A stretch of DNA of 59,664 nucleotides, filler included. It is 6 parts of 6 records of this genome, joined end to end, with 100 filler letters (N's around TTAATTAATTAA, not from the genome) between each part and the next. Parts side by side here need not be neighbours in the genome. Positions count along the whole stretch, not along the records: positions 40,560 to 47,294 come from SRR31147125_28725; positions 47,395 to 53,152 come from SRR31147125_28754; 4 more parts are not named here. One strand, 5' to 3'. The notes under the pieces are model-generated. The model made no database searches. It saw only the letters and a list, made by a program, of their open reading frames with translations, and was not told the origin of the DNA. The position numbers and the translations under genes are program-made. Below are positions 40,561 to 50,005 of this stretch, piece by piece. Position 1 is the first letter of the stretch. The number at the start of each line of letters is the position of its first letter.

Positions 40561-40755
40561 AAGAAATGGAAATGGCTCACGATAAACAACATTATCGTGA
40601 GCGAATTCGCTGGTCCTAAAGCCACATCAGGATATCAAATGAGTAGTAGTGCAATAAGAGATCGCCTGGTGGAAATTTTCCCGGATAAAGTACACGAACG
40701 ACTAGAAGCAATGATTGCTGCAAGCAATCCAGATGACACCACCCTAACTGATTAA
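40561..40755 (+). CDS. 3' end of a hypothetical protein
   Basis: Open frame from the contig edge to TAA 40753-40755. Confidence 0.4.
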   Translation, partial: KKWKWLTINNIIVSEFAGPKATSGYQMSSSAIRDRLVEIFPDKVHERLEAMIAASNPDDTTLTD

Positions 40756-40796
40756 GACCCTTCCTTTTCGCTCATTATTTAACTTTTTTTACAAAC

Positions 40797-40843
40797 TTTA
40801 GAACTTTGTAACAAATATCCGAAGATTGTTACAAAGTTCTAAA
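40797..40843. repeat. perfect 18-bp inverted repeat upstream of alpA
   Basis: TTTAGAACTTTGTAACAA-N11-TTGTTACAAAGTTCTAAA. Confidence 0.85.
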
Positions 40844-40929
40844 CAATGTAGATGCGCTATTATTTCAGGTTGTTATCGTCCATTCAGTTCTGTTGATTAA
40901 TATCAAATTCTCTGAATGGAGGTAGTAAG

Positions 40930-41151
40930 ATGATCAGTGTTTCATTGTTGAGATTACCCCAGGTTAAAAATGCAACCGGTCTCAAAACGGCAGAAATATA
41001 TAAACGGATGAGCCAAGGCTCTTTCCCTAAGCCTGTGAAATTGGGAAAAAGAGCACGTGCCTGGAGATCAGACCAGATTCAAGAGTGGATTCTCAGTCTT
41101 CCGCCTACCGAAATGAATGAGCAGCCATCTATCAGAGAAAGGGTGCGATGA
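40930..41151 (+). CDS. alpA: AlpA family regulator/excisionase
   Basis: LLRLPQV...TGL..IY......FPKPVKLG.RA.AW...I..WI. Confidence 0.92.
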   Translation: MISVSLLRLPQVKNATGLKTAEIYKRMSQGSFPKPVKLGKRARAWRSDQIQEWILSLPPTEMNEQPSIRERVR

Positions 41152-41591
41152 TGGTCCCCACACTCAGAGTGTCCAATGAGGCACATATTCAGAAGTTAAT
41201 CGATAGTGGTTACAGAGAAGCAACAGCAATTCTGCTTTTAGACGAAAATGTCTGCCTTCGGACGAAATGGTCTAACTTCCATGAATCTTTTTTCTTTGAT
41301 GATCCATGCGGTTCAAGAAAAATATTCATAAATGTAGAGGCTTTCCGGGAACTAACAAATATTCAGCATACCACTTCTATAAACATACCCATTGCCGAGC
41401 AGTCCACGTTGGATGCCCTTGAAAACGACACAGGCAAAATACATCGGCTATTTGTAAAAATATCTTCAATTCAAACCGATATAGTTTTCCTCGCAGCGGC
41501 CGACGATGGTTATGAGTGGTGGGTTGAATGGAGCACCAACCAAAATTGCTCCGTAAAATGGGTACAGCCGGTACCAGCCGTTGAAGGATAG
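41148..41591 (+). CDS. hypothetical protein
   Basis: 147-aa ORF coupled to alpA and the primase. Confidence 0.55.
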   Translation: MMVPTLRVSNEAHIQKLIDSGYREATAILLLDENVCLRTKWSNFHESFFFDDPCGSRKIFINVEAFRELTNIQHTTSINIPIAEQSTLDALENDTGKIHRLFVKISSIQTDIVFLAAADDGYEWWVEWSTNQNCSVKWVQPVPAVEG

Positions 41592-44234
41592 GCGCGAAAT
41601 GAACAATAACGACGATTATCGAAGATTACTGTTTGAAACCCTATCTCACTCTGGGCTTGTCACTGAACAGACGAAAGTAACCGGAAAGTATTACGGCCCT
41701 TTTACTTGCGGAATATGCGGTGCAAAAAACAAAGGCTATGCACCATATCCGGACACCTATAAAATGTTCTGCAACCGTTCGAGTTGCGAAGCCTACAAAG
41801 AAAATGGTGGTGTTAATATCGCCAAATTCTTCAATATTTCCTACGATTTTAAAAAGAGATTCAAAACAACTCCTGACGACCCCTGCAGGCCGGCCCGGGA
41901 ATACCTTAAATCCAGAGGATTAAATAGGGCTCTGGACGGACTTGAATATGAATTCTGGCCGAAAGTGAGGGGAAATACCGGCGGGGCAGTAATGTTTCCG
42001 ATCGGAAAAGCTGCATCCGGAAAACCTGTTCACAACGGTAGACTATTCAGACCTCGAGCAGATGAAGGAAAAACTCATAATTCAGGAAGTACATCAAAAC
42101 TGTATTGGCGTCACCCAGCGCTTAACTACACTGAGCAATCAAAACCGATAATAGCTTGTGAATCGATAATAGACGCTCTCTCTCTGATAGAAATGGGGCA
42201 ACCGGCAATCGCCGTTTTGTCTGCCGGCACCAAACCTACCAATCTTGACATACCTAAATCATGGTCTCTCCGGATCGGCTTCGATTCTGATAGGGCAGGA
42301 GTAGATGCTGTTAAAGCCTGGAAGGAATACTATCCAGATGCAGAAGTTGTACTACCTGATCGACCAGGTGGATCCAGAGATTGGAACGATACCCTATTAG
42401 GGTACACTCGAAGCTCTTCAAGCAGTGACCCCAAAGTTTTTTCGAAATTATTCGAGAACGCCCTGGATACGTTCAGGATTTACGGAAATCTTGCCACGGC
42501 TACTGACCCTTATGCTTATAGTTCGATCCACAGGGAGGCATTCGGACGGGCTCCTGGCTTGTTTGAGTTTTTGCCGGAAAGATCCCTCTATCATTCTACT
42601 CTCAAAAAAAGAGGAGAGCATCAATATCTTCAGGTTAAACGCTGCGGCCGTTTCACCATCTATGTGATTAGTTTTCTCGTCGACAATGAAACAAACCCCG
42701 ATAGACCCGAATATAAATATTACCTGAAATTCCTTCCAAATACAGGCAAGCCTACTACAGCCGTAGCCACAGCAAGAGACATTGCCACGTTGAAAAGTTG
42801 GAGGGAATTTACCCTCTGTTGTGCCAAACAGAATTTTGAAGGGGATAGTGATAGTGTCACTGCGATCAATAATTTCATTGTCACATCCAGGTCTCCGGAA
42901 ATTAGGGTGCTGTCATGTTCAGGCTATGATCAAACAAGTCAGTTTTATTACCACAAGTACTGGTGCATAGATCCAGGTGGAAAACTGTCAACACCGGAAA
43001 AAAATGGCCTGCTTCCATCTTCGGGCAACACATTGGTAAAACCTGCTAATAATACAGGATCAATCCAGCCGGACACGGATGGAATTCATATTAGAGAGTT
43101 CTACACGTACCTTATTCAAGCATGGGGGCACAAAGCCGGCGCAATTTTTGGTTGGATGGTGGCTTCCTGGTTTGCCCATTGTGTACGCGCTAAGCTAGGT
43201 TTCTTCCCATTCCTTCTTCTACATGGGGATCCGCAGTGCGGTAAGACGGCAATTTCTACGATCTTGAACGCTTGCCAGGGATATCAGGGAGAGGGAGTAC
43301 CTATAACCAAATCTTCCACAGTCACAGGAATAAATAGGAAACTGGCCATAGGATCTTCGTATTTTATCAATTTATGCGAGGACAACGACCCTGATCCAAG
43401 AAGCAAGTGGTCCTGGGCTGATTGCCTCACCATTTATAACAGTGACAACACACTCTATGCAAAAGGAGTGAAGACAAACGATTACCAGACGGCCGAGGCG
43501 AAATTTCAGGCAACACTGATGATTTCAAGCAATGTACCACCGTTGAAATCAAGGCCAGAACGAGAGAGGGCTTGCTTTATAGAGTTCAAGGAAAATGAAA
43601 TTACAGATTCGAGCCTTACAGCCTATCAGTATGTAAGGTCCATACCGGCATCGGAACTTGGTCGGTTCATAATTCAGATATTAAAGAAAAGGAAGCAGTT
43701 TGAATCCGGGTGGCAACAGGAATTTTTGAATGCATTGAATGACTTCTCTGATATCAAAAGCCGTAGAATTCTGGAGAATTTTTCCATTATCTCTGCATTC
43801 CACAGGATCTTTTGCAGGGTGTTCGAGATCGAAGATGATATCTCAGCATACATCAAAACCACTGCAGCGAAAAACAAACTGGGCGCTGAAGCACCAACCG
43901 AATTTTCAATCGCTGATCATTTTTTCGACCAGTTAAATCTCGTAACTCCGGAGAAGCTGGTTCACTGCGTTGCTTATGATGATGAAAAATCGAGGCTCTA
44001 TATCCATCTAACAGGAGCTGAGCGCGCTATTCGAGACACCGCAGGATTTAACTTCGTGATGGATAAAAAAATTGGAGATGCGCTGATCTCACACCCAGCG
44101 TACATCCTTTAAAAAACCCGAAATACTATTTCCCCGAACCCGCAAGTGGTCAAGACGAAGGGGAATTTTCAAAGAAGAAGCAGAAGAGGGTCTACGCTTT
44201 CGACACGACCAAGGAGCCCTTTTCATCAAAATGA
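41581..44234 (+). CDS. Zn-finger/Toprim primase-helicase; frameshift near 44108
   Basis: CGICG..C....C zinc finger, ACESIIDALS, FDSD, DWND Toprim motifs, GDPQCGKT Walker A; corrected frame continues KNPKYYFP...RVYAFD to TGA 44234. Confidence 0.8.
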
Positions 44235-44271
44235 TCATACCATTTCTGAAAAGCACAGATCTCCAACCGAA

Positions 44272-44564
44272 CAAGACACGAAAATTGGATTTGTCTTGCT
44301 CTGTCTCGTTCGTGTCTTGTAGTAATAATCTATATAACTATATAATATTATTATATATTATTATATTATATAATATTAATAAGACAATAAGACACACAAG
44401 ACACGTTTTTCACCCTATACGCGTGAATAGAAGGGTTCAAATTTCACATATTATTCTCTTACGTATGTTGAAAAATGTGTCTTACGCGTCTTGCGCGTCT
44501 TATTTCTTTTGTTTCAGTATCTTATCGTATCTTTTCGTGTCTTACCCCATGTCTTGCTTGTCTC
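44272..44564. repeat. candidate replication origin: AAGACAC/GTGTCTT iterons around an AT-only core
   Basis: About 15 exact or near copies in both orientations; AT tract 44331-44382. Confidence 0.75.
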
Positions 44565-44579
44565 ATTTTGGAAGGGAAA

Positions 44580-45077
44580 ATGGAACTGTTAAGTAAACTG
44601 AAACGGGTTCAATGTCCTGTAAATAAAAAGGAAAACCGGTCGAAAGTTGTATTTCCAGGAAATGACCAGGATGATGAGGTTTCAGGAATTTTTCCATCAA
44701 AAAGTAGTTTGAACGGACCAGGTGTTGCCACCAGCGAACTACTGAAACATGTCCCTGCAAGGATAAAGTCGGGCTCAATTGTCGGTAAAAATCTGAAAAC
44801 TGAACCCGATTATAAGAATTTCAAGGCTGGATTTGCCTGGATCCATGCCAACAGAGCTGAGTTGAAAAGCAAAGGCTGGACGTCGCCGGCACTGTTTCGC
44901 AGATCACGATACACATTTCCAATGGGCCCCTGGGGGCTTGCCTGGTTACCAGATTGGAACCGCCCTGGGCAAACCATCCAGATCCTCAAGAACGGCCAGG
45001 TCAGTTTCACCTACGAAAGTGGTAATCGGACAATTACCCAGGTTGTGAGTTTGGGAAAACAGGGAGCACAAAAATGA
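44580..45077 (+). CDS. hypothetical protein
   Basis: ATG 44580 after a GAAGGG SD; GW....LF...WGLAW motif. Confidence 0.55.
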   Translation: MELLSKLKRVQCPVNKKENRSKVVFPGNDQDDEVSGIFPSKSSLNGPGVATSELLKHVPARIKSGSIVGKNLKTEPDYKNFKAGFAWIHANRAELKSKGWTSPALFRRSRYTFPMGPWGLAWLPDWNRPGQTIQILKNGQVSFTYESGNRTITQVVSLGKQGAQK

Positions 45078-45078
45078 C

Positions 45079-45216
45079 ATCTGAATTGAGTGGCAGCTGC
45101 GGCAGAATGACAGCACTTGAAGGATGGGCAACGTTCTTCTTCAAACTTCAAAACCTATTGCCCACGTGGAGTCCTTCATCTTTTCATCACTGCCGCAGCT
45201 GCCACTCAATTCAGAT
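45079..45216. repeat. 138-nt rod-like hairpin (27-bp perfect IR plus internal stems)
   Basis: ATCTGAATTGAGTGGCAGCTGCGGCAG (45079-45105) pairs with 45190-45216; inner pairs TGAAGGA/TCCTTCA and TGGGCAA/TTGCCCA. Confidence 0.88.
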
Positions 45217-45340
45217 CTCTCCCCTAACGGTTGGAATGTCATATGCCCAAGGAGCACTATGAGATTTGCATCCGAACCAATACAAGCTCGGATGTTACCT
45301 ATCAAAGGCAGGCAAAACTGCCAAGAAAATGGAGAATGAA

Positions 45341-45931
45341 ATGAAATACAACATCACCCCAGCAGAACAGATCAAGAATGAAATTCGAACCGCATTGAAA
45401 TCATCAACCTCGTTAAGCGAATCGGTCCAGGAGTACTTCGAGCTCATTTCAAGAAAGACGGCGACCGAACAAACGCTGACAGCGTTTCAACAGGATAGAG
45501 AAAACCTGCTCTCTGCAAAAGAAGAATTACTTGCTCACTTTGGTGAGATCGACGGCTCAGAAGACAGAAAAAAGCTTGAGACTATTAATACATCACTCAC
45601 AAGCATCAATGAGGCGATCACGGCCATCCAGAAACGAGTTGATAACAGCGAATGGACTAGAGATATACAAGATGGCCTTTCGGCAATCAACAATCAGATG
45701 TGCCTATCCCTTGAGGGTATTCGAAGCAAATATCAAAAGATAATAAACCAGCAGGTAGAACTGATAATTGAGCAGATCAACAACTATCATTCGGCCATCA
45801 CAGACCCAAAGAATGTCGTATCTCCCAATGGCCAAAAGCTGACAAGGTTACATGAGCTGAATCGCTTAAAGATCAGTATTGAAAATTTCGACAACCTTGA
45901 GAGGTACAGTGACGAACGTATAACGTTCTAA
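45341..45931 (+). CDS. coiled-coil hypothetical protein
   Basis: SD GGAG then ATG; long amphipathic helices. Confidence 0.6.
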   Translation: MKYNITPAEQIKNEIRTALKSSTSLSESVQEYFELISRKTATEQTLTAFQQDRENLLSAKEELLAHFGEIDGSEDRKKLETINTSLTSINEAITAIQKRVDNSEWTRDIQDGLSAINNQMCLSLEGIRSKYQKIINQQVELIIEQINNYHSAITDPKNVVSPNGQKLTRLHELNRLKISIENFDNLERYSDERITF

Positions 45932-46044
45932 GGATTTGCAGGACTTCCTTAACAACAGGAAAAACTGCGACTGCTTAATCGCTCCACTTTCATGCCAGTA
46001 TGGAAGTGGAGTGCCACCTTCATCTATCAAAATAAGGAGAAGTG

Positions 46045-46203
46045 ATGACTGAAGGAGTAATAGCAAATTTGACTTGGGAATACTGCTCGTTCTGCAAATA
46101 TGCAGAGACCGATAAGTGCGACAAAGTCGATATCAATCTATCGATTGATCCGGATCTGGAGGCTGTGGTCTGTGAGCAATTTGAACCAGATGATCGGTAT
46201 TAG
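46045..46203 (+). CDS. small Cys-rich protein (52 aa)
   Basis: SD AAGGAG; MTEGVIANLTWEYCSFCKYAETDKC...VVCEQFEPDDRY. Confidence 0.5.
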   Translation: MTEGVIANLTWEYCSFCKYAETDKCDKVDINLSIDPDLEAVVCEQFEPDDRY

Positions 46204-46878
46204 AAATTGGCTAAGAACCATGCAAGTGCGGGATTCCTCAAATGACAGTTAGATACTTGGGCTTTTCATCAAGGCGACGCAATCTGCCAATTTTGCCACA
46301 TCTTTTCAGTATTTCACCCTAAATTGATTTTCAAATGGAGCCAAATGCCGCGAGTCCCACGACCCGCATTGGAATGACTTCTGATAAGGACCCGCGCCTG
46401 CGCCATGTAACATGCTGATATCGCACACATTCTTTATTTGTCCCTATTGTGGTAAGTTTAGGTGTTGAGAGGATGGGTAGTGATGTTAAACCTGATGAGC
46501 AATCCGATAGGGCCAGGTAGGAAAGCGGACGTATTAGGACTGGCCAGTGCGTTCAGGGGAGTCAGTACTCTCCCGATTTTGAAAATGAATAATGTTCGGG
46601 GCGGCGAGGTAGTTCAGCGCAGATTTGTTCTTAGGTCTGAAGCGCTAGCTAAATCCATTCGTAGGTATGAGGCCGGCCTTGAGGATTTCGGCTTGCTCAG
46701 GTGTAAAATTCAGCCAAAACTCTTTGATCCTGATATTGTGCTGACAATATATACACTTTGCATTTATTGCCTATCATGTTGTTTTAATGGTAAAAAACAG
46801 AATGTATAAATGAAAACGGCCACGATAACCATGAAGGTAATCGCGGCCGTGTCTACTGCTAACCTGCTAATATTTCAG

Positions 46879-47217
46879 TCAATCAACGCCTCTGGAGCTG
46901 TCATTTTCCTTACGGTGAAACGTCAAAACTTCATTGAAATCATGCTTAACCCCTTTTACCTGACGGAAAGCATCATCCATGAACTCGTCCAGGTGAGGTG
47001 AAATGCCGGTGATATCAGATCTTATCCCCTCCAGTGACTCTTCGATGAGCTCACCCAGGAGAGCACCGAGCTGCGCTTTCTTGTACACCAGGTTATCTTG
47101 GAGCACGTAGGCAATGTAATCCAGCTTATCGAGCCTCGATGTCACTCTGTCGATTACCGCTTCCACCTCATTGTGTTTACGACCCATCTGTTCTCTTAAT
47201 CTTTCCATTCCACTCAT
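46879..47217 (-). CDS. helical hypothetical protein
   Basis: SD GGAGG before MSGMERLREQ; hairpin downstream at about 46814-46852. Confidence 0.6.
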   Translation of the reverse strand: MSGMERLREQMGRKHNEVEAVIDRVTSRLDKLDYIAYVLQDNLVYKKAQLGALLGELIEESLEGIRSDITGISPHLDEFMDDAFRQVKGVKHDFNEVLTFHRKENDSSRGVD

Positions 47218-47294
47218 TTGGTTTCCTCCAAATAGAAAATGCCGCAAGTGCTCTCAAAGCCGTCAACGGCTTCCGGGGCCTCACGGCTACCCGA

Positions 47295-47394
47295 NNNNNN
47301 NNNNNNNNNNNNNNNNNNNNNNNNNNNNNNNNNNNNNNTTAATTAATTAANNNNNNNNNNNNNNNNNNNNNNNNNNNNNNNNNNNNNNNNNNNN
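47295..47394. other. artificial contig-joining spacer
   Basis: N run with TTAATTAATTAA. Confidence 0.98.
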
Positions 47395-48239
47395 TGTTCC
47401 CCGGTGCCGACCGTTCCGGCAGAGGGCCAGCTCGACTCTATCCCCGTATTCATGGAAAAGAATAAATTCCTGACAGAAGCAAAACCCCGCCCCTGAACCG
47501 TAACCCCTTTATAAAATTTCTCTAAATAACAATCGATGACATACAGGTCCATGTCATCAGTATTTGTTGACGGGATCGCCGCAGCAATTGCCACGCTCAA
47601 CGGGGATGCCGTTGTTGGCCCGGTTATCTTCAACCCTTTAAAAGAGACTTGCGGAGCCTCAACAATAAAGCCCGGTCCGTCTTGACTGAAAATAATTTGC
47701 GTTGCCTCTGAAAACTCGCTTTGCCAAGTTGAGCCGCTCTCGATCAACTGACCATTACTCGAAACCGTAACACTCGCTGAGAGATTAAAAACCCCCGGCC
47801 CAAAGACAACAGGCAAACCAAAATCAACCGCCGCCTGCACTTCCGCAGAATCGTCAACCCCATCACCCGGCAAAGCCCCGAACCACTCAACGTTTAAAAC
47901 CCCTGAATGTTTCCGCACCCACGCCCCACTTGCCCCGGTAGAATCCCCAGCAGGCGCAATATAGATTGCTTGATACATATCTGCGGCAACTTCAGCCGAC
48001 AAATCCGAACCACTCCAAACAAAAACACCACCGCCACGAGCCTCGAGGTAAACAGAATCGGGTTTCAGCCCCGCAACACTGACAGCTTCAAGCTCTGCGA
48101 TTGACCCAACATAAAGAACCCGCTCTTCGAGTTGTCCCCGGCTGACTCCACCAAAGAAAGACCCGCCGAAAGAAAAAGCCGGAGCCGCAAGCCCCGGCAC
48201 GATTGCCATAACAAGAAATAGAATTTTTAAATATTGCAT
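47395..48239 (-). CDS. pectate-lyase-3-like beta-helix spike/depolymerase with N-terminal signal peptide (3' truncated)
   Basis: GGGVFVW, GAWVR, NVEWFGA.GDGVDDSAEVQAA; signal MQYLKILFLVMAIVPGLAAPAFS. Confidence 0.7.
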
Positions 48240-48448
48240 GTTTGATCACCCTTATCTGATTTGCGCCTGTTTCGGCAATTTTGCTTTATCACGGCAATAT
48301 CAACGCTGTTAGCTTCCTGCCCTTTTTCCAGATAGTCAAAGCGCCTATCAACCCTTTGCGCCCAATACCAGACCATCGAAGAGAGCGCCAAAAGCAGCAT
48401 TGATATGATTGACCCGAAGAACAATAACAAGTCGTGAGTCGCTATCAT
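48227..48448 (-). CDS. holin-like membrane protein
   Basis: N-terminal TM, short coiled coil, basic tail. Confidence 0.55.
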   Translation of the reverse strand: MIATHDLLLFFGSIISMLLLALSSMVWYWAQRVDRRFDYLEKGQEANSVDIAVIKQNCRNRRKSDKGDQTCNI

Positions 48449-48666
48449 TGCTGAACGTCCTCATAATCCGGAATATTAAAAAGCGCCCTGAGAGTCTTCA
48501 GCACAGGGATAAGCGCATCATCAACCCGACTGTCTGACTCTTTGATTTTTTCTTCGACAATATCAATTAACCCGTCTAACCAGCGTTTAATCTGATCTTC
48601 AGGAAATGCCAACAGCAAGGCGTTTACAATCGATGGGAGGATCATTTCAATAATTTTCGCTTTCAT
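48445..48666 (-). CDS. small phage protein (possible lysis factor)
   Basis: SD GGAG; D..ID.VE.KI..S.S.VDDA amphipathic motif. Confidence 0.6.
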   Translation of the reverse strand: MKAKIIEMILPSIVNALLLAFPEDQIKRWLDGLIDIVEEKIKESDSRVDDALIPVLKTLRALFNIPDYEDVQQ

Positions 48667-48696
48667 GGTTTTAGTCTCCGTGTTCTTAATTATAGA

Positions 48697-48954
48697 TTAA
48701 TTATAGATTGAACCTGTATGGAACAGGTCATAAAGGTCAGCTCCAAAGGACTCATCAGAACCGCTCATGGTCTGCCATGCTGAATCAAAAGCAGAATTGA
48801 TAACATTGTCTTCATTTGTCGGATTCAAAGCGCCATCCTCGGCCGCAACCGCATCAACGAGTTTTTCAACTTGGCGCTGCTGCCACCAAATCAAAGCAGC
48901 CCCAGCACCAACGAGAACAATCGCCGTTCTGTAATCAATATCAATGCCGATCAT
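48697..48954 (-). CDS. small virion membrane protein
   Basis: N-terminal TM (AIVLVGAGAALIWW), ALNPTNEDN; ATGA overlap. Confidence 0.6.
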   Translation of the reverse strand: MIGIDIDYRTAIVLVGAGAALIWWQQRQVEKLVDAVAAEDGALNPTNEDNVINSAFDSAWQTMSGSDESFGADLYDLFHTGSIYN

Positions 48955-49430
48955 GTCAACCCCACGTCTTCCGATATGTCGGCAACATAGTTGACCGTTT
49001 CTTCCGGCCACTCACGGCCCCGCTTTATGTTGCCAATCCCGAAGTTATAAGCCGCCAGAGCAAGCCGCCAGCTCCCCAACTGTTCAAAGAGCCAGCGCAG
49101 ATAACGTGCCGCCCCTTCTATCGCCTGTTCAGGATTCAGCGGATTAATTCCCAAATCAGCAGACGTTCCCGGCATGAATTGCATCAACCCAACCGCCCCC
49201 GCAGACGAAAGCGCCTCAGGATCATAGCGGCTTTCTTGCCAAGCCACGCGAGACAGGAGGCCGGGAGGAAGATCATAATTTTCTGACGCCCGAATAAATA
49301 ATGCTTCATATTTCTGCCCCGCTTCAGGAGTCGCCCAAGCTTGCCCTGGTCGAAGTAACAAATAGAGAGCAAACGCAGCCGGAGCCGCCCATTTAATCGC
49401 CCAATCTCTGAAATCCTGCTCCTTCTTCAT
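48951..49430 (-). CDS. lytic transglycosylase (SLT) with N-terminal membrane anchor
   Basis: QESRYDP.A.S.AGAVGLMQFMP, AARYL, ALAAYNFG, ETVNYV. Confidence 0.92.
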   Translation of the reverse strand: MKKEQDFRDWAIKWAAPAAFALYLLLRPGQAWATPEAGQKYEALFIRASENYDLPPGLLSRVAWQESRYDPEALSSAGAVGLMQFMPGTSADLGINPLNPEQAIEGAARYLRWLFEQLGSWRLALAAYNFGIGNIKRGREWPEETVNYVADISEDVGLT

Positions 49431-49432
49431 AG

Positions 49433-50005
49433 CTACACCTTCAGAACAGTCACGGCCACGTCAACCGCAGCCGCGCCCGGATTCCAGACGTAAAGAGCGC
49501 CCCCGGTTTTAATGACTGCTTCAGAATATCCGTTCAATGGTTTGCCCCGGCTTGCCCCGGTGTTCGCATCCCCAAAACGGAGCGTTTCACCGGACAGATT
49601 TTCAACAACGACTTCTATAGTGTCTGTATGCCCTGCATAGACAAGAGTCTGACCGCCAGCCGCGCACGAAACATCCGCGAGCGTTTCAACTGTTCGCGAG
49701 CGTTCGACCGGGGCTGTTAAGCTTGCTATTTCAACATCATCAATGCTGATCTGACCGTCAGAGCTGTAAGCCTGAATCGTTTGAGCGCTTGCCGTTTCAA
49801 TCTCAAAACCCATAGGGCCAGAATCAAAACCAGCGAAGAAGGAAAAGCGCTTATCAATATTTTCAGCCCTTCCAAGCAGGGTATTTTGTGGCCCATACAG
49901 CTTCAATGTGATCGGAAAAGACGGTTTTTTAATGACCAGAGCACGAGCACCAATAATCCGCATAGAACCGCCAGCCGAAAGCGCCTGATTGTGAGTATTA
50001 ATCAT
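49433..50005 (-). CDS. beta-rich vertex/penton-like protein
   Basis: Two beta-strand-rich halves; position in the DJR structural block. Confidence 0.5.
   Translation of the reverse strand: MINTHNQALSAGGSMRIIGARALVIKKPSFPITLKLYGPQNTLLGRAENIDKRFSFFAGFDSGPMGFEIETASAQTIQAYSSDGQISIDDVEIASLTAPVERSRTVETLADVSCAAGGQTLVYAGHTDTIEVVVENLSGETLRFGDANTGASRGKPLNGYSEAVIKTGGALYVWNPGAAAVDVAVTVLKV

Larger units (their letters stand above)
40560..46310 (+). mobile_element. phage-satellite-like / integrative element (P4/PICI-like replication module)
   Basis: AlpA, primase-helicase, iteron origin and small accessory ORFs; no structural genes. Confidence 0.65.

Noticed and set aside
44231-44596. 121-aa ORF and the extended N-terminus of ORF 44475
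   Set aside because: Low-complexity translation of the iteron/AT-rich origin
46336-46410. tRNA-like 3' end (TGGAGCC…)
   Set aside because: No T-loop GTTCGA equivalent and no cloverleaf
46462-47001. Plus-strand ORFs 46462-46809 and 46810-47001
   Set aside because: No SD or motifs; the second overlaps a better minus-strand gene and its hairpin
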